DNA of 63,766 bases, filler included, from Octopus bimaculoides (lineage: Eukaryota): assembly GCF_001194135.2 (NCBI RefSeq). It is 3 parts of 3 records of this genome, joined end to end, with 100 filler letters (N's around TTAATTAATTAA, not from the genome) between each part and the next. Parts side by side here need not be neighbours in the genome. Positions count along the whole stretch, not along the records: positions 30,136 to 47,273 come from NC_068986.1; positions 47,374 to 63,766 come from NC_068993.1; 1 more part is not named here. One strand, 5' to 3'. Numbering within the stretch: the stretch's first letter is position 1; each line of letters begins with the position of its first letter. The notes beneath the pieces were generated by a model, which was given only the letters and a program-made list of their open reading frames with translations, was not told where the DNA came from and made no database searches. The position numbers and the translations under genes are program-made. This document shows, piece after piece, positions 35,490 to 48,270 of this stretch.

Positions 35490-36884
35490 NNNNNNNNNNN
35501 NNNNNNNNNNNNNNNNNNNNNNNNNNNNNNNNNNNNNNNNNNNNNNNNNNNNNNNNNNNNNNNNNNNNNNNNNNNNNNNNNNNNNNNNNNNNNNNNNNNN
35601 NNNNNNNNNNNNNNNNNNNNNNNNNNNNNNNNNNNNNNNNNNNNNNNNNNNNNNNNNNNNNNNNNNNNNNNNNNNNNNNNNNNNNNNNNNNNNNNNNNNN
35701 NNNNNNNNNNNNNNNNNNNNNNNNNNNNNNNNNNNNNNNNNNNNNNNNNNNNNNNNNNNNNNNNNNNNNNNNNNNNNNNNNNNNNNNNNNNNNNNNNNNN
35801 NNNNNNNNNNNNNNNNNNNNNNNNNNNNNNNNNNNNNNNNNNNNNNNNNNNNNNNNNNNNNNNNNNNNNNNNNNNNNNNNNNNNNNNNNNNNNNNNNNNN
35901 NNNNNNNNNNNNNNNNNNNNNNNNNNNNNNNNNNNNNNNNNNNNNNNNNNNNNNNNNNNNNNNNNNNNNNNNNNNNNNNNNNNNNNNNNNNNNNNNNNNN
36001 NNNNNNNNNNNNNNNNNNNNNNNNNNNNNNNNNNGGGGGGGGGGTAGTATGAGTAGTTAAAAAACTGCGAATGTCAGTTAACTAGGCTAGACATGCGAAA
36101 TCCACACTTCCATATTAATTTTATTGGCCTACAGCCCGAGTGACAACACCACTCTCTGTCTGTCGAACTGTTTCTCCCTATCACTGTCTCTCTCACTCTC
36201 TCTCCCTCTCTCTCTCTCTCACTCTCTTTCATTCTCAGACTTATTGAACATCCTATCATATATCAATACTCTTTAACCTCTGGTGCTGTCACACTCTCTC
36301 CTCCCTCGGCCTTTTCTACCGCTACTACAACGACCTCTGCTTTTTAGAGCTGACCGGTCATCTTTCGCCTCTACGCACTTATTTTCAAGTGAATCGTCTC
36401 TCATTCTCTCATATGTGGTCTCCCACTTTGTGAAGCCTCAGATTATGTTCTGAAAATCTCTTTCTACTCTCTCTCTCTCCCATTCTACCCTCTATCCCCT
36501 CTCCTACTTTCCCATCTCTTCTACTCCCTTTCTCTCATGCCTCCCCTTACTCTCTCACCCTTTCGGCTCTCTCTACTCTCTCTATCACACACACACACTC
36601 TCTCGCTATCTCTCTCTCTCTCTCTCCTTCCCACTTCTCTCTGACCACGCTTGATTTGCAGCCACCAAGAGGTAGATTACCCATGTTGATATTTTTTTGT
36701 TACTTGATCAGGAGAGAGTTCATAAATCTTTGAAGAGGTTTCGAAACTGGTGATAAGGTGGAAAGGTATCCCCAAACACGGAGAGCTAACTCAAATGCTT
36801 GCAACAGAATGGACCCCGCTAAAAGCACCCAAGGGCCAACTTCTGCGAAGCCGGACGACAAATTAAACCTCGTACAAATATACA

Positions 36885-37255
36885 TATGGTGGCTGTATGG
36901 TTGAGAAGCTCGTTTTGCAACCCTATTGTTTTCCTTTCAATACCAAGTGCCTCCTACTAGAGCCCCGAACCAACAAATGTTTTGTGTGTGCATTCGGAAA
37001 ACGAAAGCTGTGTGGAAGCCTGTCGTATATATGTAATTATGCGTGCGTATGTATGTGTATTTGTGTTTGACAACTGCTTGACAACTGGTGTTGGTTTTCT
37101 TATGTTCCAGTAACTTAATGGTTCGGCAAAAGAGCTCGATAGAACAAGTCCTGGGATTGAAAATACATAAGTACTGAAGTCGATTCGTTCAACTAAACCC
37201 TTTAAAGCGGTGCCACAGGATAGCTGGGATCCGAATGACTGAAATAGGTAAAGGT
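36885..37255 (+). mobile_element. SINE family C, old degenerate copy
   Basis: tggctgtatggttgagaagc...gtggaagcctgtcgtatatatg...aaagcggtgccacagg...gaatgactgaaatag. Confidence 0.65.
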
Positions 37256-39557
37256 ATATGAAATATGAATATACATATATCTCTTTATCTATCTATCTAT
37301 CTATCCATTTATCGACCACAGAAGGGTGAAAGACGATAACTTCGGCGCGATTTGAACTTGGAACGCAGAAAGCTGAAATAAATACCGAAAGACAGTTCAT
37401 CCGATGCTCTAACCATCAACCACTTCGTCATCAGAGAGTAGGCATTAACAACTTGTTACCATAACAACAGGACGTTGTGTTGTGGTTCACTTCACTGTTG
37501 TCTGTGACGCACGTTGTTCGATGTTGATTTTCTATAATTAATTCTTCACACCACGAGATTCTTTTCGCCCGCTTGTTTTCTTTTAATTTTTCTGTGCTTC
37601 TGTGGGTTAGTATTTTTCTGTGCTTTTTTCTGTATTAGTATTTTTATATATTGTTCATTTTGATATATTTTTCATAAACATTTTTTATATATTTTTACGA
37701 TGTTGATTCTTCATGCCACGAGTGTTTTGTTTTAATTTCTCTGCGTTGGTATTTTACATATCAACTGAAATTTAGCCCACGTAACAGGAACTGAGTGAGA
37801 TATCGTGGAACAGAGAAACTGTGTGTGATACAGGTAATTTTACACTATTTTGGAATTCTGCAAGCAAAAACCTATAAGATACAAGTATTCTTTTCCTTGG
37901 GACAAATTCTTTGTTGACCAGTGTTATTCTTATCGTAGTTTACAAATCCAAGCATGAAAACGTCACTCAACTTTGGAGTTTTGGAGACAGACGTCCCCTT
38001 TTCACACACACGCACTTATATATTAATGATGTACATAAATACATGCCTGGCATACATAATACTGAAATACACAAAAATACAATCAATGAATGACAAAGAC
38101 TAGATCCAGATGATACATGTTGATTTTATTAGGTATTTCTGTTTATTTACAAACCTTCAATGAACAGGTCAAATGCTACATTTCACAGGAACAACCTTAA
38201 AGCTGACATCACTCCGCTAAACGCAGAAAATCTGTCTCGCTATTGGCTAAAAATACCCAGTTATTTTCGATTTTTAAACCTCTGTAACTTTTTTCTCCGA
38301 TTTTTTTCTCCACATCAAAGCAATGTTTCTCCACCTTCAAAGCAATGAGACTGGAATGCTACATTAATATAGCCTATTTTCAGATATTTTACTGTCATAT
38401 ACAAAAAGTATATTTTGCGAATGAAAAAAACTAGATCCTAAATAAGTAAGTAAGTATAAGGCAAGGAAATGTTATGTACTTCACGTCCCGTTGCAATTGA
38501 AATCCATTGAACTTTTCTCTATCTTTCGTATGTGGGACAAATTTCTTGCAGTAAAAGACAAGCATTGGGGTGTTCTCGGATTCTTGATTTCTACCAAATT
38601 TAATTGCTAGTACAATACTACTTTCCCCAGTTTACGCTGCCAAAATGCAAACGCACACATGTATATGTATGTATACGTTTATGTACTTATACACACACAC
38701 ACGCACGCACGCACGCGCATGCGTGCATACACACAGATACACACGCGAGCATATAAGCTAAATACTTTACAATGACAACAGCTTAAATTTAATTCAGCAA
38801 AATAATCTGTTAGCCCCTAACTATGCATTTTTCCATGACAGGAAGCAATTATTTCCCTTTCTGCTCTCTCCCCCCATTCTATTCTCTTTCCCTTCCCCTA
38901 CTCTCATATCTTCTACTCCATCTCTCTCGCGCTTCCCCTTATTCCCTCACCCTTTCTACTCTCTCTCTCTCTACTCTCCCTTTATCTCTCTCTCTCTCTC
39001 CTTCTTCTTTCAATCTTCTATCTTCCTCTCATATATCATCATTCTCTAAACCACTAATCATTAAGCTCAGTTATTAAGAAGACATTTTGCTTGTAGCCGG
39101 CAAACTGTCTGGGATGAACTCTTATTACATTTGTGAATCTCACCAATTTCCTACAATACATGTAAACCGAAAGTGTGGAGGCGTAAGTAAAGGCAACCAG
39201 GCGTGATTCTTTCAAAATATTGATTTCTAACGCTGCACGATTGAGCCCAAAGCCGTGTTAAGTTTCAAAGAATTCTTTTTATCTTCTAGTCAGGACAAAA
39301 CACACTGTCCCGGATCCTTTACAATGCCTCTTAAACTAATAGGAGAGCAGAAAGAAAATATTCTTAAACTGGAAGCGTGACTAGAATACATAGAAATCCG
39401 TTTAAGGAATCCAAGATGTCAAATAGAGTTCTTATAAAAGGCGGTGGACGAAGTCTACTACCCGACTTGTTAAACATACAACCCTGCCTGAATCCAGCAT
39501 TGAAACGAAACAACAATTTTTGTTAGCGGAAGCAATAAATGATTGGTACTAACTTTT

Positions 39558-39770
39558 GAGGCGCATGACTAAGTTGTTAGGCTGTTGGACTCATGATCGT
39601 AAGATAGTGGTTTCGGTTCCTGGACCGGGTGATGCACTGTGTTCTTGATCAAAGCACTTCATTTCACGTTGCCCCAGGCCACTCAGCTGATAAAAAGGTG
39701 TAATCCTGCGACGGGCCGGCGTTTCGTCAGAAGAAACCAAGAAACCGGCCCTATGTTCCCTACAGAGTAA
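39558..39770 (+). mobile_element. tRNA-derived SINE, family D
   Basis: gaggcgcatgactaagttgttagg...ggtttcggttcctggaccggg...cttgatcaaagcacttcatttcacgttgcc. Confidence 0.7.
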
Positions 39771-40148
39771 TGCAGATTGACCAATTTTTTTTACCTTGGC
39801 GAGTATTGAACTCTTAAAGAGATTAACTAAGCTCTGCAAGGCCTTTTATTGGGTTCACTGTTCTCAATAATCATGTTTGTTACTCCGTCCAAAAAGTATG
39901 CGGAAAGGGTACCAGTTGGTTATATTAACTCTTGTACTTGACTGTTATTTTTACTCTATCAACCCTGAATTGATGGAAAGGTGAAGGTGGCTTTGGCGGG
40001 ACTATGACTCAAAATATGAAGAACCGGAATATCTCTCGCAAAGCGTTTTGTCCAACGCTCTGTGTCTAATAATTGTTTCTTTAATTCGAAAAGGATCCGG
40101 AAGTTGCTATAAAGTATTTAATGAGATGCTATGCAAGGAATGTACAAA

Positions 40149-40325
40149 GATGCGTGTGGTGGTGCAAACTATTTATATAAGAAGAGAAATTTTACAAGGA
40201 TGTGAATGGTGGAGCAAACAAGTTATATAAGAGAAAGTTTACACGGATGCGTGAGGTAGGACAAAGAAGTTATATAAAAAGACGCGGATGCGTGTGGCGG
40301 AACAAACAAATTATATATAAACAAG
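40149..40325. repeat. Degenerate minisatellite, four units of about 40-50 bp
   Basis: Unit approximates gatgcgtgtggtggagcaaacaagttatataagaga. Confidence 0.7.
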
Positions 40326-40504
40326 AGGGTGGGGAGGTGTGAAATCCGTTATCCAACCAGATATAGGGATAAATTCACAACTAATAAAATCATATGCTTT
40401 TATTCTTTTATTTGTTTCAGTCATTTGACTGCGGCCATACTGGAGCACCAGTAGAAAAAAATATGTATTATTGAGGAGGGATGCTGTCTTGAGGTTCGCT
40501 GACA

Positions 40505-42420
40505 AGTTACCTTAAATCGCAAGAATCCTTCTTCCAGAATACAAATTTGCACTTTTCGGCAAGTCAACAATACGCGTCTCAATTCGAATATCTATTAGTC
40601 TCTTAGGTAGCAGTGTGAGTGTTTTGCCAAATGTACTAATTACCATTGGAATAATTTTAGTCTTAGTCTGCCGCAATCTCTTCATCTCTTTGTCTAGGTT
40701 CTGACGTTCCTCAGAGTGGAGACGCAATGGCCCAGTGGTTAGGTCACCGGACTCGCGATCAGAGGATCGCGGTTTCGATTCCCAGACCGGGCGTTGTGAG
40801 TGTTTATTGAGTGAAAACACCTAAAGCTCCACGAGGCTCCGGCAGCGGATGGTGGCGAACCCTGCTGTACCCTTCTACCAAAACTTTCTCTCACTCTTTC
40901 TTCCTGTTTCTGTTGTACCTGTATTTCAAATGGCCAGCCTTGTCACGCTGAATATCCCCGAGAATTTTTTTAAGGGTACACGTGTCTGTGGATTGCTCAG
41001 CCACTTGCACGTTAATTTCACCAGCAGGCTGTTCCGTTGATCAACTGGAACCCTCGACGTCGTAAGCGACGGAGTGCCAACAACAACGATGTTCCTCAGT
41101 TTTCTTAATTCCTCTGATATCCACTCTTTTATCATATGCTATTGCAAAGTCTATGATCTTGCAGTGTTTGTTTATTTGTTTGTTTCTTTCCTCTACAATC
41201 ATATCTGGACCTCTTACTTCAATATCATGCTCGGTCTTTGTGGGGAAATCCCATAAAACCCTGTAAGTATTATTCTCTATCACAGTCTCCGGTTCATGTT
41301 CATACCACTTTTCTCTGGTTCGTGTTCATACCACTTTTCTCTACTTTGAAATCATACAATGGGTTAAAATTTCGGTCAGCACAGTGTATGACACTTTTAC
41401 CGATAAATGCATGCCTGCGATAATGCTCTTTTCGTGCTAGCATACCGCATTCACTTAAGAGATGGTTAATATTTTCATATCCTTTCGCACGGATTCTGCG
41501 TTTAATCACTGACTGAGGTTTATTAATTTTTGCCTTTGTTAAATCTGTTCTAATGGTTTTTCCGGTTGTTTCAGGCAGCAATAATTAGTAGTTCCGTTTC
41601 TCGCTTCAAGTTTCCATCCATCATTCACAACCAACGTTCTTTACTTCCAGCATCCTTCATCTTTGGTATGAACCGCCAGTGTAATCCCTTCACTTTCCAG
41701 TTACTTATTCTGCTGTTCTTCATTCTGTCCTTAAATTCTCCTGTTGTTTCAGTAATCTTTTAGACATTTCTAACCGCCGCGAGTATTCTTTCTTCACTAC
41801 ATACAACATAATTCCCAACCCCAATATTCCAATGCTAATGATGTCGCTTAAAGTTCCTCTACCTCCTTCCTTTCTTGATAGACAGAGACTCTCGATATTA
41901 CATTTAGGGTGGTGTTTGCTCTGCATTGTGAGCATATCTTCCTAGTTCTTCTATGTCTTGTAGATCTTGTAGATCTGTCTGTTTATTTTAGAAAAGGAGT
42001 AGGATGTCTTAATACTGACGTAGCCCATATATTTAATGCTTCGATAATTTTCTCTCCATTTAATTTGATTTTGAGGCCTTTTAGTAAACCTTCTCTTGTG
42101 CTTTTCGAGATGTTCTCTCCTTTCTCCTTCCATTATCCTATCGTCTTGCAGCACACCAAGATCCTTGTATCCTTCTCTATTTATCAGCGATCTAACAATA
42201 TCACCTTGTAATTTTATATCATCAGGAATTATCTTTCGGCTGCTATTCATACTTAACATTACACACTCACTTATATCAAACTGCATCCCAGTATCTTACC
42301 GTTTGGATTTGAGAATACCTGTCTTTTTCACTTTTTGCATGTATTTTGAGGTCAACGATATGCATCTATAGCAATTCACTTTTAGTATACCGCTTCTGGT
42401 CATCCATATAGCAGACATTG
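40505..42420 (-). mobile_element. Decayed R4/Dong-like LINE 3' half, interrupted by a family A SINE
   Basis: YKDLGVLQ, HHPKCNIESLCLSRKEGGRG, NINHLLSECGMLARKEHYRRH, VLWDFPTKTEHDIEVRGPDMIV, CKIIDFAIAYD, IIPMVISTFG. Confidence 0.8.
40715..41090 (+). mobile_element. SINE family A, full length with a 9-bp target duplication
   Basis: gttcctcag at 40706-40714 and 41091-41099. (AAC)n tail. Confidence 0.92.
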
Positions 42421-42495
42421 TTACTGTTGTTGATGTTGTTATTGTCATTATCATCGTCGTCGTCGTCATCATCATCATCATCATCATCATCAAAA

Positions 42496-42536
<41 letters not shown>

Positions 42537-42750
42537 GAAGGTGACGAATTGGCAGAATCGTTATATCGCTGCACAAAATGCTTAGCAGCATTTCGTCCGT
42601 CTGTACGTTCTTAGTTCAAATTCCACCGAGGTTGTATTGATTTTCACCCTTTCGGGGTCGATAAAATAAATATCGGTTGAGCACAGAGGTCAGTGTAATT
42701 GACTTGCTCCTTCTCCAAATTTTCAGGCACTGTACCTATATTAGAAAAGA
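42537..42750 (+). mobile_element. SINE family B after a (TCA)n(TTA)n array
   Basis: gaaggtgacgaattggcagaatcgtta...agttcaaattccaccgagg...ccctttcggggtcgataaaataaatatc. Confidence 0.8.
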
Positions 42751-42774
42751 CTATTATTATTTGCACTTTTAGCT

Positions 42775-43140
42775 CAGGCTTCATCGGAATTCCTGGAATC
42801 TTGCATGAGTAGCACGCTTGCTATCTGTAGCCTATTGTACCATGTTTTCTTCCTTTTCAACTATCTAGTAATTTCTTGATAATTCTGGAGCCAAATTTTT
42901 AGCAACAGCTCTACTGGACACTATTCCCATTTTCGTTATGTTCCTTTCGATACCTTGTGATGTTATCCCCAAAGCCCCAACAATAACACTATGTAACAAT
43001 TTTTTAATATTTTTATTGGCTTTGGTCAGTAAGTGCCATTTCTAATTTGCTTCTATGTAGAAATCAAATTAAATCACAACTATTCCCTTCTAACTTTGCT
43101 TTTGTGACCTGGACTCAATGTTTTGAAACTGACCTGTTTT
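42775..43140 (-). mobile_element. R4/Dong-like LINE C-terminal remnant
   Basis: Minus frame VIVGALGITS, the conserved VxPxIVGALG motif after the endonuclease. Confidence 0.55.
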
Positions 43141-43559
43141 CCATTACGTTTCAGACAGATTCAGTGCTGAGCTGCTGAAGCAGAAATATTGTTATAGCAA
43201 ATATTCTGCTCAATAACACAGATTGGCTGGTCAGTTGCTTGACTATAACCCCTTGAGCATGTACCTTAGTGGCTGACAATATGTGCATCTCTGGTGAGGA
43301 GCAGAAATAATGGAGGAACATCATAGCCATGTATTGAGAGGGATTCTTTGGGGGTTGCATGAATGCAAGAAAAACAAAGTTTGAAGAAAATATTAGCCAT
43401 TTCCCAAATTTTCTAGGAATAAACAAATAGGAAATAATATTCTCTACCTAAGGACAAAAATCGTGTTACACAGTATAATCGGTTTACAGCTTTTTCATTT
43501 TTTTCCGGTCATTTAAGAGGATTGTACACGTCTACTTTCTCTCCTTCCTTCTTAAATAT

Positions 43560-44120
43560 CCGTGAGTCAAATGAGCACGCAACATCAATTACAGAGCGTA
43601 CATGGTCTACTTTGTTCCTTACCACTCACTAAATCCGGTTTGTTGTGCTCAAGGACCTGGTCCATTTGAATTGGGAAATCTCACAGGATTTTGCAAATCT
43701 CCAACCCAGTCACCCTCTGTGGTTTGTGTTCGTACTATGTCTTACTTCTCTCTAGCCTCAACTTTTCAATTTCTACTGCAGAACTTTTGCTACGTCATCA
43801 TGTCTTCACAACTTATAGAGGTTTCGGCAAGTCTAAGACATTCGTTTACAATATGGTCAATAGTTCCATCCAATTCATTACACATTCGGTACAACAGAGA
43901 CACTTGCTCATATCTAAGACTGACACTCAATTTGTGGCCGAGACTTTGCCTTGCGCTGCGAGTATAGTGCCCTTAGTTTCCATTTTAAATGATCCTTTCT
44001 TTCACCCGTCCATCTATGTTCTCCAGCAACTCCTGTTGTGCATACATGAAATTGTTTGTGCAAGCCTTTTTAGAGCAGTGCTTCTTGTTTTCTCTGTTTT
44101 CTCTCCTTTCAATATGCATG
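43560..44120 (-). mobile_element. R4/Dong-like LINE CCHC-endonuclease remnant
   Basis: ETKGTILAAQ, GTIDHIVNECLRLA, RHDDVAK, DFPIQMDQVLEHNKPDLV across frames. Confidence 0.7.
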
Positions 44121-44137
44121 AGGCGAGCCGGCACCGG

Positions 44138-44358
44138 AAAGTGGTGAGCTGACAGAATCGTTTGCAGACCAGGTAAAAATACTTAATGGTATTTCGTCCG
44201 TCTTTGAGTTCTGAATTCTAATTTCGCCGAGGTCGACTATGCTTTTCATCCTTTTGGGGGCCGATAAAATAAGAACCAGTTGAGCACTGGGGTCGATGTA
44301 ATCGACTCATCCCCACCTCTCCCAAACTGCCCTTGTGGAAAAAATTTGAATTAATTAT
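44138..44358 (+). mobile_element. SINE family B
   Basis: gtggtgagctgacagaatcgttt...cgccgaggtcgactatgcttttcatccttttgggggccgataaaataagaaccagttgagcactggggtcg. Confidence 0.85.
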
Positions 44359-44359
44359 T

Positions 44360-44550
44360 GTTGTGGTCGTTGTTGTTGTCGTCGTCATTGTTGTTGCTGC
44401 TGTTGATGATGATGATGATGACGAGGAGGAGGAGGGGGAGAAGGAGGAGGGGGAGAAGGAGGAGGAGGAAGATGAAGAGGAGGAGACAGATAACGAGGAG
44501 GAGGAAGATGACGAGGAGGAGGAAGCGGAGGAGGATGTTGTTGTTGTCGC
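44360..44550. repeat. Compound (GTT)/(GAT)/(GAG)n trinucleotide repeat
   Basis: Directly visible. Confidence 0.85.
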
Positions 44551-44984
44551 TGAAGCCCAAGGTCAAAACATCAGACAATGGTGAGTTAATTCGTATATCC
44601 GTATTAGTTCAACAACTGTTATCAAGTTATTAATATATCAACAACAATAAAAAATTAGACAAAACACAAGAACAGAAAAGTTTAAAATAGCAAAGAGGAA
44701 ATCAAAAATAGAAATTCACAATAAACTGAAGAAAACGAAGAAAAAGTTCATTCCATGGAACAATACCCTGCAAGACTTCACTGAGAAGACGTAATCTGAA
44801 ATGAAAAGCCAGCAATCGTACTGAGTTCTGGATAAAAGCAGAAACAGGTCTTATTTTAAGTGTACGGGATCAATTTACTAGCCATTCCAGAAAACTATAA
44901 GAGCGAAATAATGTTTTCAAATTTTGGCTCAGAGCCAGCAGTTTTTGAGGGGATGGGGAAGTCAATTACATGTATGAATGAAGA

Positions 44985-45617
44985 CAGCTGTGTGAGGGAG
45001 TGCCACTCTCTAACTGTTGAAGGAATCTGTGGAAGAGGTAGACCCAGGAAGACATAGGATGAGGTGGTGAAGCGTGACCTTCGAACATTGGGCCTCACAG
45101 AGGCAATGACAGGAGACTGGGACCTTTGGATATACGTTACGATTGAGAAGACCAAGCAACAAAAAGTGAGATTGCAACCATGCATGTCCAGCCCTGTTAA
45201 GAATACTCCTGATGCATCGGGCGATATGATATGTTTGAGGAGACCAGTTGAGTCAAGTAAAATCAATATCGTAGCTGGGGCAGGTGCCCCCTGGCTGGCT
45301 CTCATGCTGATGGCACGTAAAAAGCACTATCCGAACGTGGTCAATACCAGGTCCACCTGACTGGCTCCTGTGCCAGTGGCACATAAAATGCACCATCTGA
45401 ACATGATCACTGCCAGGACTGCCTTACTGGCCCCTGTGCTGGTGGCACATAAAAAGCACCTACTACACCCTCAGAGTGGTTGGCATTAGGAAGGGCATCC
45501 AGCTGTAGAAACATTGCCAGACCAGTCTGGATCCTGGTACAGCCACTGGCTTTCCAGACCTCAGTCAAACCGTCCAACCCATGCTAGCATGGAAAGTGGA
45601 TGTTAAATGATGATGAT
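44985..45617 (+). mobile_element. 3' end of an RTE-clade LINE with a tandemly repeated 3' UTR
   Basis: CVRECHSLTVEGICGRGRPRKT*DEVVKRDL (GRPRKTW motif). Three units of about 65 bp containing ggcac(g/a)taaaa. Terminal cgtccaacccatgctagcatggaaagtggatgttaaa(tga)n. Confidence 0.75.
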
Positions 45618-45763
45618 GAGGATATTTCTGTTTTCTCTTCCCACATTTCATAGTATATCAGTTTATTCCCAGACTTTTTGGAATAATCATTTCTAGTATT
45701 ATAATAACAGGGAAACATTCAGGAAATAGGTATTTGATTGGTATTTATTTTATCGACTTAGTT

Positions 45764-46400
45764 CAGAGGTTCTCAACTATTTTTGTTATCTATGAACTCT
45801 TTGAGTACTATTTTATTCCGGTGTTCCATAGCCTTTCGATATTTAAAAACAAGTTCTATAGAAACTTCTTTCAAAATTCTTATTTTGCTTTTCACCCATT
45901 AAATTGTGTAGGTTGAACTATGTAAAATGTTAGAGACAGAAACCTAACTGTTCCTTGCAATACATTCCAATACATACATCTAAAGCAAGGGTATTCAACC
46001 ATTTTTTTTATCTATAGACCCCTTTGATTATTCTATTATTCTAATGGACCCCTATAGCTATTCGATGTTTAAAAACTAGTTTTACAGAAATTTCTTTCAA
46101 AATTCCTATTTTGTTTTTCACACGGCCGTTGCCAGTACCGCCTGACTGGCCTTCGTGCGGGTGACACGTAAAAGCACCCACTACACTCTCTGAGTGGTTG
46201 GCGTTATGAAGGGCATCCAGCTGTAGAAACTCTGCCAAATCAGATTGGAGCCTGGTGTTGCTATCCGGTTTCACCAGTCCTCAGTCAAATCGTCCAACCC
46301 ATGTTAGCATGGAAAGCGGACGTTAAACGATGATGATGATGATGATGATGAACTTGTGTAGGTTGAGCTATGTAAATTGTTAAAGAAAGAAACCGAGCTT
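45764..46400 (+). mobile_element. Two tandem fragments of a hAT-like MITE (starts at 45764 and 45986); the second is interrupted by an RTE-tail element
   Basis: Starts cagaggttctcaac and caagggtattcaac. Shared tttaaaaac(a/t)agtt..agaaa(c/t)ttctttcaaaattc(t/c)tattttg and tgtgtaggttga(a/g)ctatgtaaa. Confidence 0.5.
46123..46350 (+). mobile_element. Short RTE-tail element (SINE family E or 5'-truncated RTE)
   Basis: Homologous to 45420-45617. Ends cgtccaacccatgttagcatggaaagcggacgttaaac(gat)n. Confidence 0.8.
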
Positions 46401-46719
46401 TTTCAGCGAGGAATTACTGGGGGTCGATAATAGCCAAGGGGTCGAATGGGAGTTGGCATGCGAAAGACCAGCTCACCCAGATGAACTGTTTAAAATACTC
46501 AGTCAGCGTCGTACATGTATCTTTTAGCTAATATTTTAATTGCCAGCATCAGTATCCAGTACGCATAAAAGATATGGTACGGTAGGGTAGGATATTAAGA
46601 TATTTTGAATGGAGAGGGGGTCGGTGCGGAAGTTCGGTTTTGATTGGTCTAGAGTTAGGAAATTGGGGTGGGGGGTATGTGATTTTTGAAAGCACTGAAA
46701 ACCTCTCAGTGGATATACT

Positions 46720-46935
46720 CTCCTTTGCCCCAGTCGGCGCTGCGTCTAACACGACCCATTGACAACCGGTGTTAGTTTGTTTACGTCCCCGTTAGCTAGC
46801 GATTCGGCAAAATGTGTTCGATAGAATAAGTACCAATTTTAGCAAAAATAGTTCTAGGGCGCATTCATTCGACTAAATTTCTTCAAGGCGGTGCCCCAGC
46901 ATAGCCGCAGTCTAATGACTGAAACAGATAGAAGT
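46720..46935 (+). mobile_element. SINE family C, degenerate 3' half
   Basis: tgtttacgtccccg...ggcggtgccccagcatagccgcagtctaatgactgaaaca. Confidence 0.7.
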
Positions 46936-47049
46936 TAGTAGACATGTATATCGGTACCGCCGATATGCGAAATTCTCAGTCTTATTGTTAAAGACAGGAA
47001 ATTGTGTATTAGTATTTCGCTCGATAACTGATGAAGAATTAGGATCCTA

Positions 47050-47232
47050 TACTCTTTTACTCTTTTACTTGTTTCAGTCATTTGACTGCGGCCATGCTGG
47101 AGCATCGCCTTTAGTCGAGAAAATCGATCCCAGAACTTATTCTTTGGAAGCCTAGTACTTATTCTATCGGTGACGTAAACACACCAGCATCGGTTGTCAG
47201 GCGATGGTGGGGGAACAAACACAGACACACAA

Positions 47233-47273
<41 letters not shown>
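47050..47273 (-). mobile_element. SINE family C, 3' half ending in a (TA)n run and a gap
   Basis: tactcttttactcttttacttgtttcagtcatttgactgcggccatgctggagcatcgcc. Confidence 0.85.
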
Positions 47274-47373
47274 NNNNNNNNNNNNNNNNNNNNNNNNNNN
47301 NNNNNNNNNNNNNNNNNTTAATTAATTAANNNNNNNNNNNNNNNNNNNNNNNNNNNNNNNNNNNNNNNNNNNN

Positions 47374-47426
<53 letters not shown>

Positions 47427-47470
47427 CATATATATGTATATGTGTATATATATGTGTGTGTCTGTGTGTA

Positions 47471-47950
47471 TAATTGTCACTAAATGTGACTCGGGTGTTA
47501 AAAATACCAAAATTGCTAGAAGTAAGAATTAAAAGGCTGTAGTTAACGCACATGAATGAAAACCTATACACTAACAGATACCATAATTATCGGAAAAATA
47601 CCGACCGAGAATAGTGAAACATTGCAACCTGCTATTTACATTAATTTTATGCATACACATTAGCGAAATGCTAAATCATCCATTAATTTGAATGAGGAAA
47701 ACATAAATGCAAATAGAGAAACAGGTCCGGAAATAGCCGATCACCGAGATGGCTTAGCTGATGATGGCAACGGAAACTGCCGAAACTGGCGCGTCAGGTT
47801 AAAAAATTTTCGGTCGTTATTTTTCGGACGATTATAGTCCCTGTATATGTTTTCATTCATGTGCTTTTACTACAGAATTACAGCCTTTTAGCTCTTATTC
47901 CTAGCAATGTAGGTTTTTCTTAATACCCTAGTCACATCTATTAACAATTA
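47471..47950. mobile_element. Tc1/mariner-type MITE with diverged terminal inverted repeats of about 130 bp
   Basis: The left arm taattgtcactaaatgtgactcggg...gcacatgaatgaaaacctatac is the reverse complement of 47821-47950. TA precedes the left end. The same arm occurs at 57064-57214 beside a transposase remnant. Confidence 0.75.
47758..47795 (+). ncRNA. Hammerhead catalytic-core-like motif lacking a local helix I
   Basis: CTGATGA t ggca-acggaaac-tgcc GAAA c-tggcgc-g TC. Confidence 0.3.
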
Positions 47951-48154
47951 CAATTCGCCATTTTTCTGAAATATTACAACTTGCTGTTCACATTAATTAT
48001 ATATATATATGAAAGAAGGTTTCAAAATGCAACTTTAAAGATGTTTATTCACTTGGCCAATTTCACTTTTTTAGGAAAACATTGTCAAAAGTTAAATGTA
48101 AAGCTTTGTATAAGCTTTGTTGTGTTAAGTACTGGTTGTCACAAAAGTATTAAA

Positions 48155-48270
48155 AAAACATATATACATTCTTTGATAATAATAAGAAAATGTTAAAAAC
48201 GGTTTAAGTATTAAAATACATATATACATTCTTTGATAATAATAAGAATATGATTCAAACAGTTTAAAAC
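48155..48270. repeat. Tandem duplication of about 60 bp
   Basis: acatatatacattctttgataataataagaa occurs twice. Confidence 0.8.

Noticed and set aside
37776-38450. Acceptor and donor pairs at 37776-37833 and 38384-38450
   Set aside because: Stops occur in all frames between the stronger splice sites.
44333-44584. Acidic poly-Glu/Asp ORF
   Set aside because: Starts inside a SINE and consists of GTT/GAT/GAG repeats. The nearby atg|GTGAGT donor has no convincing acceptor.
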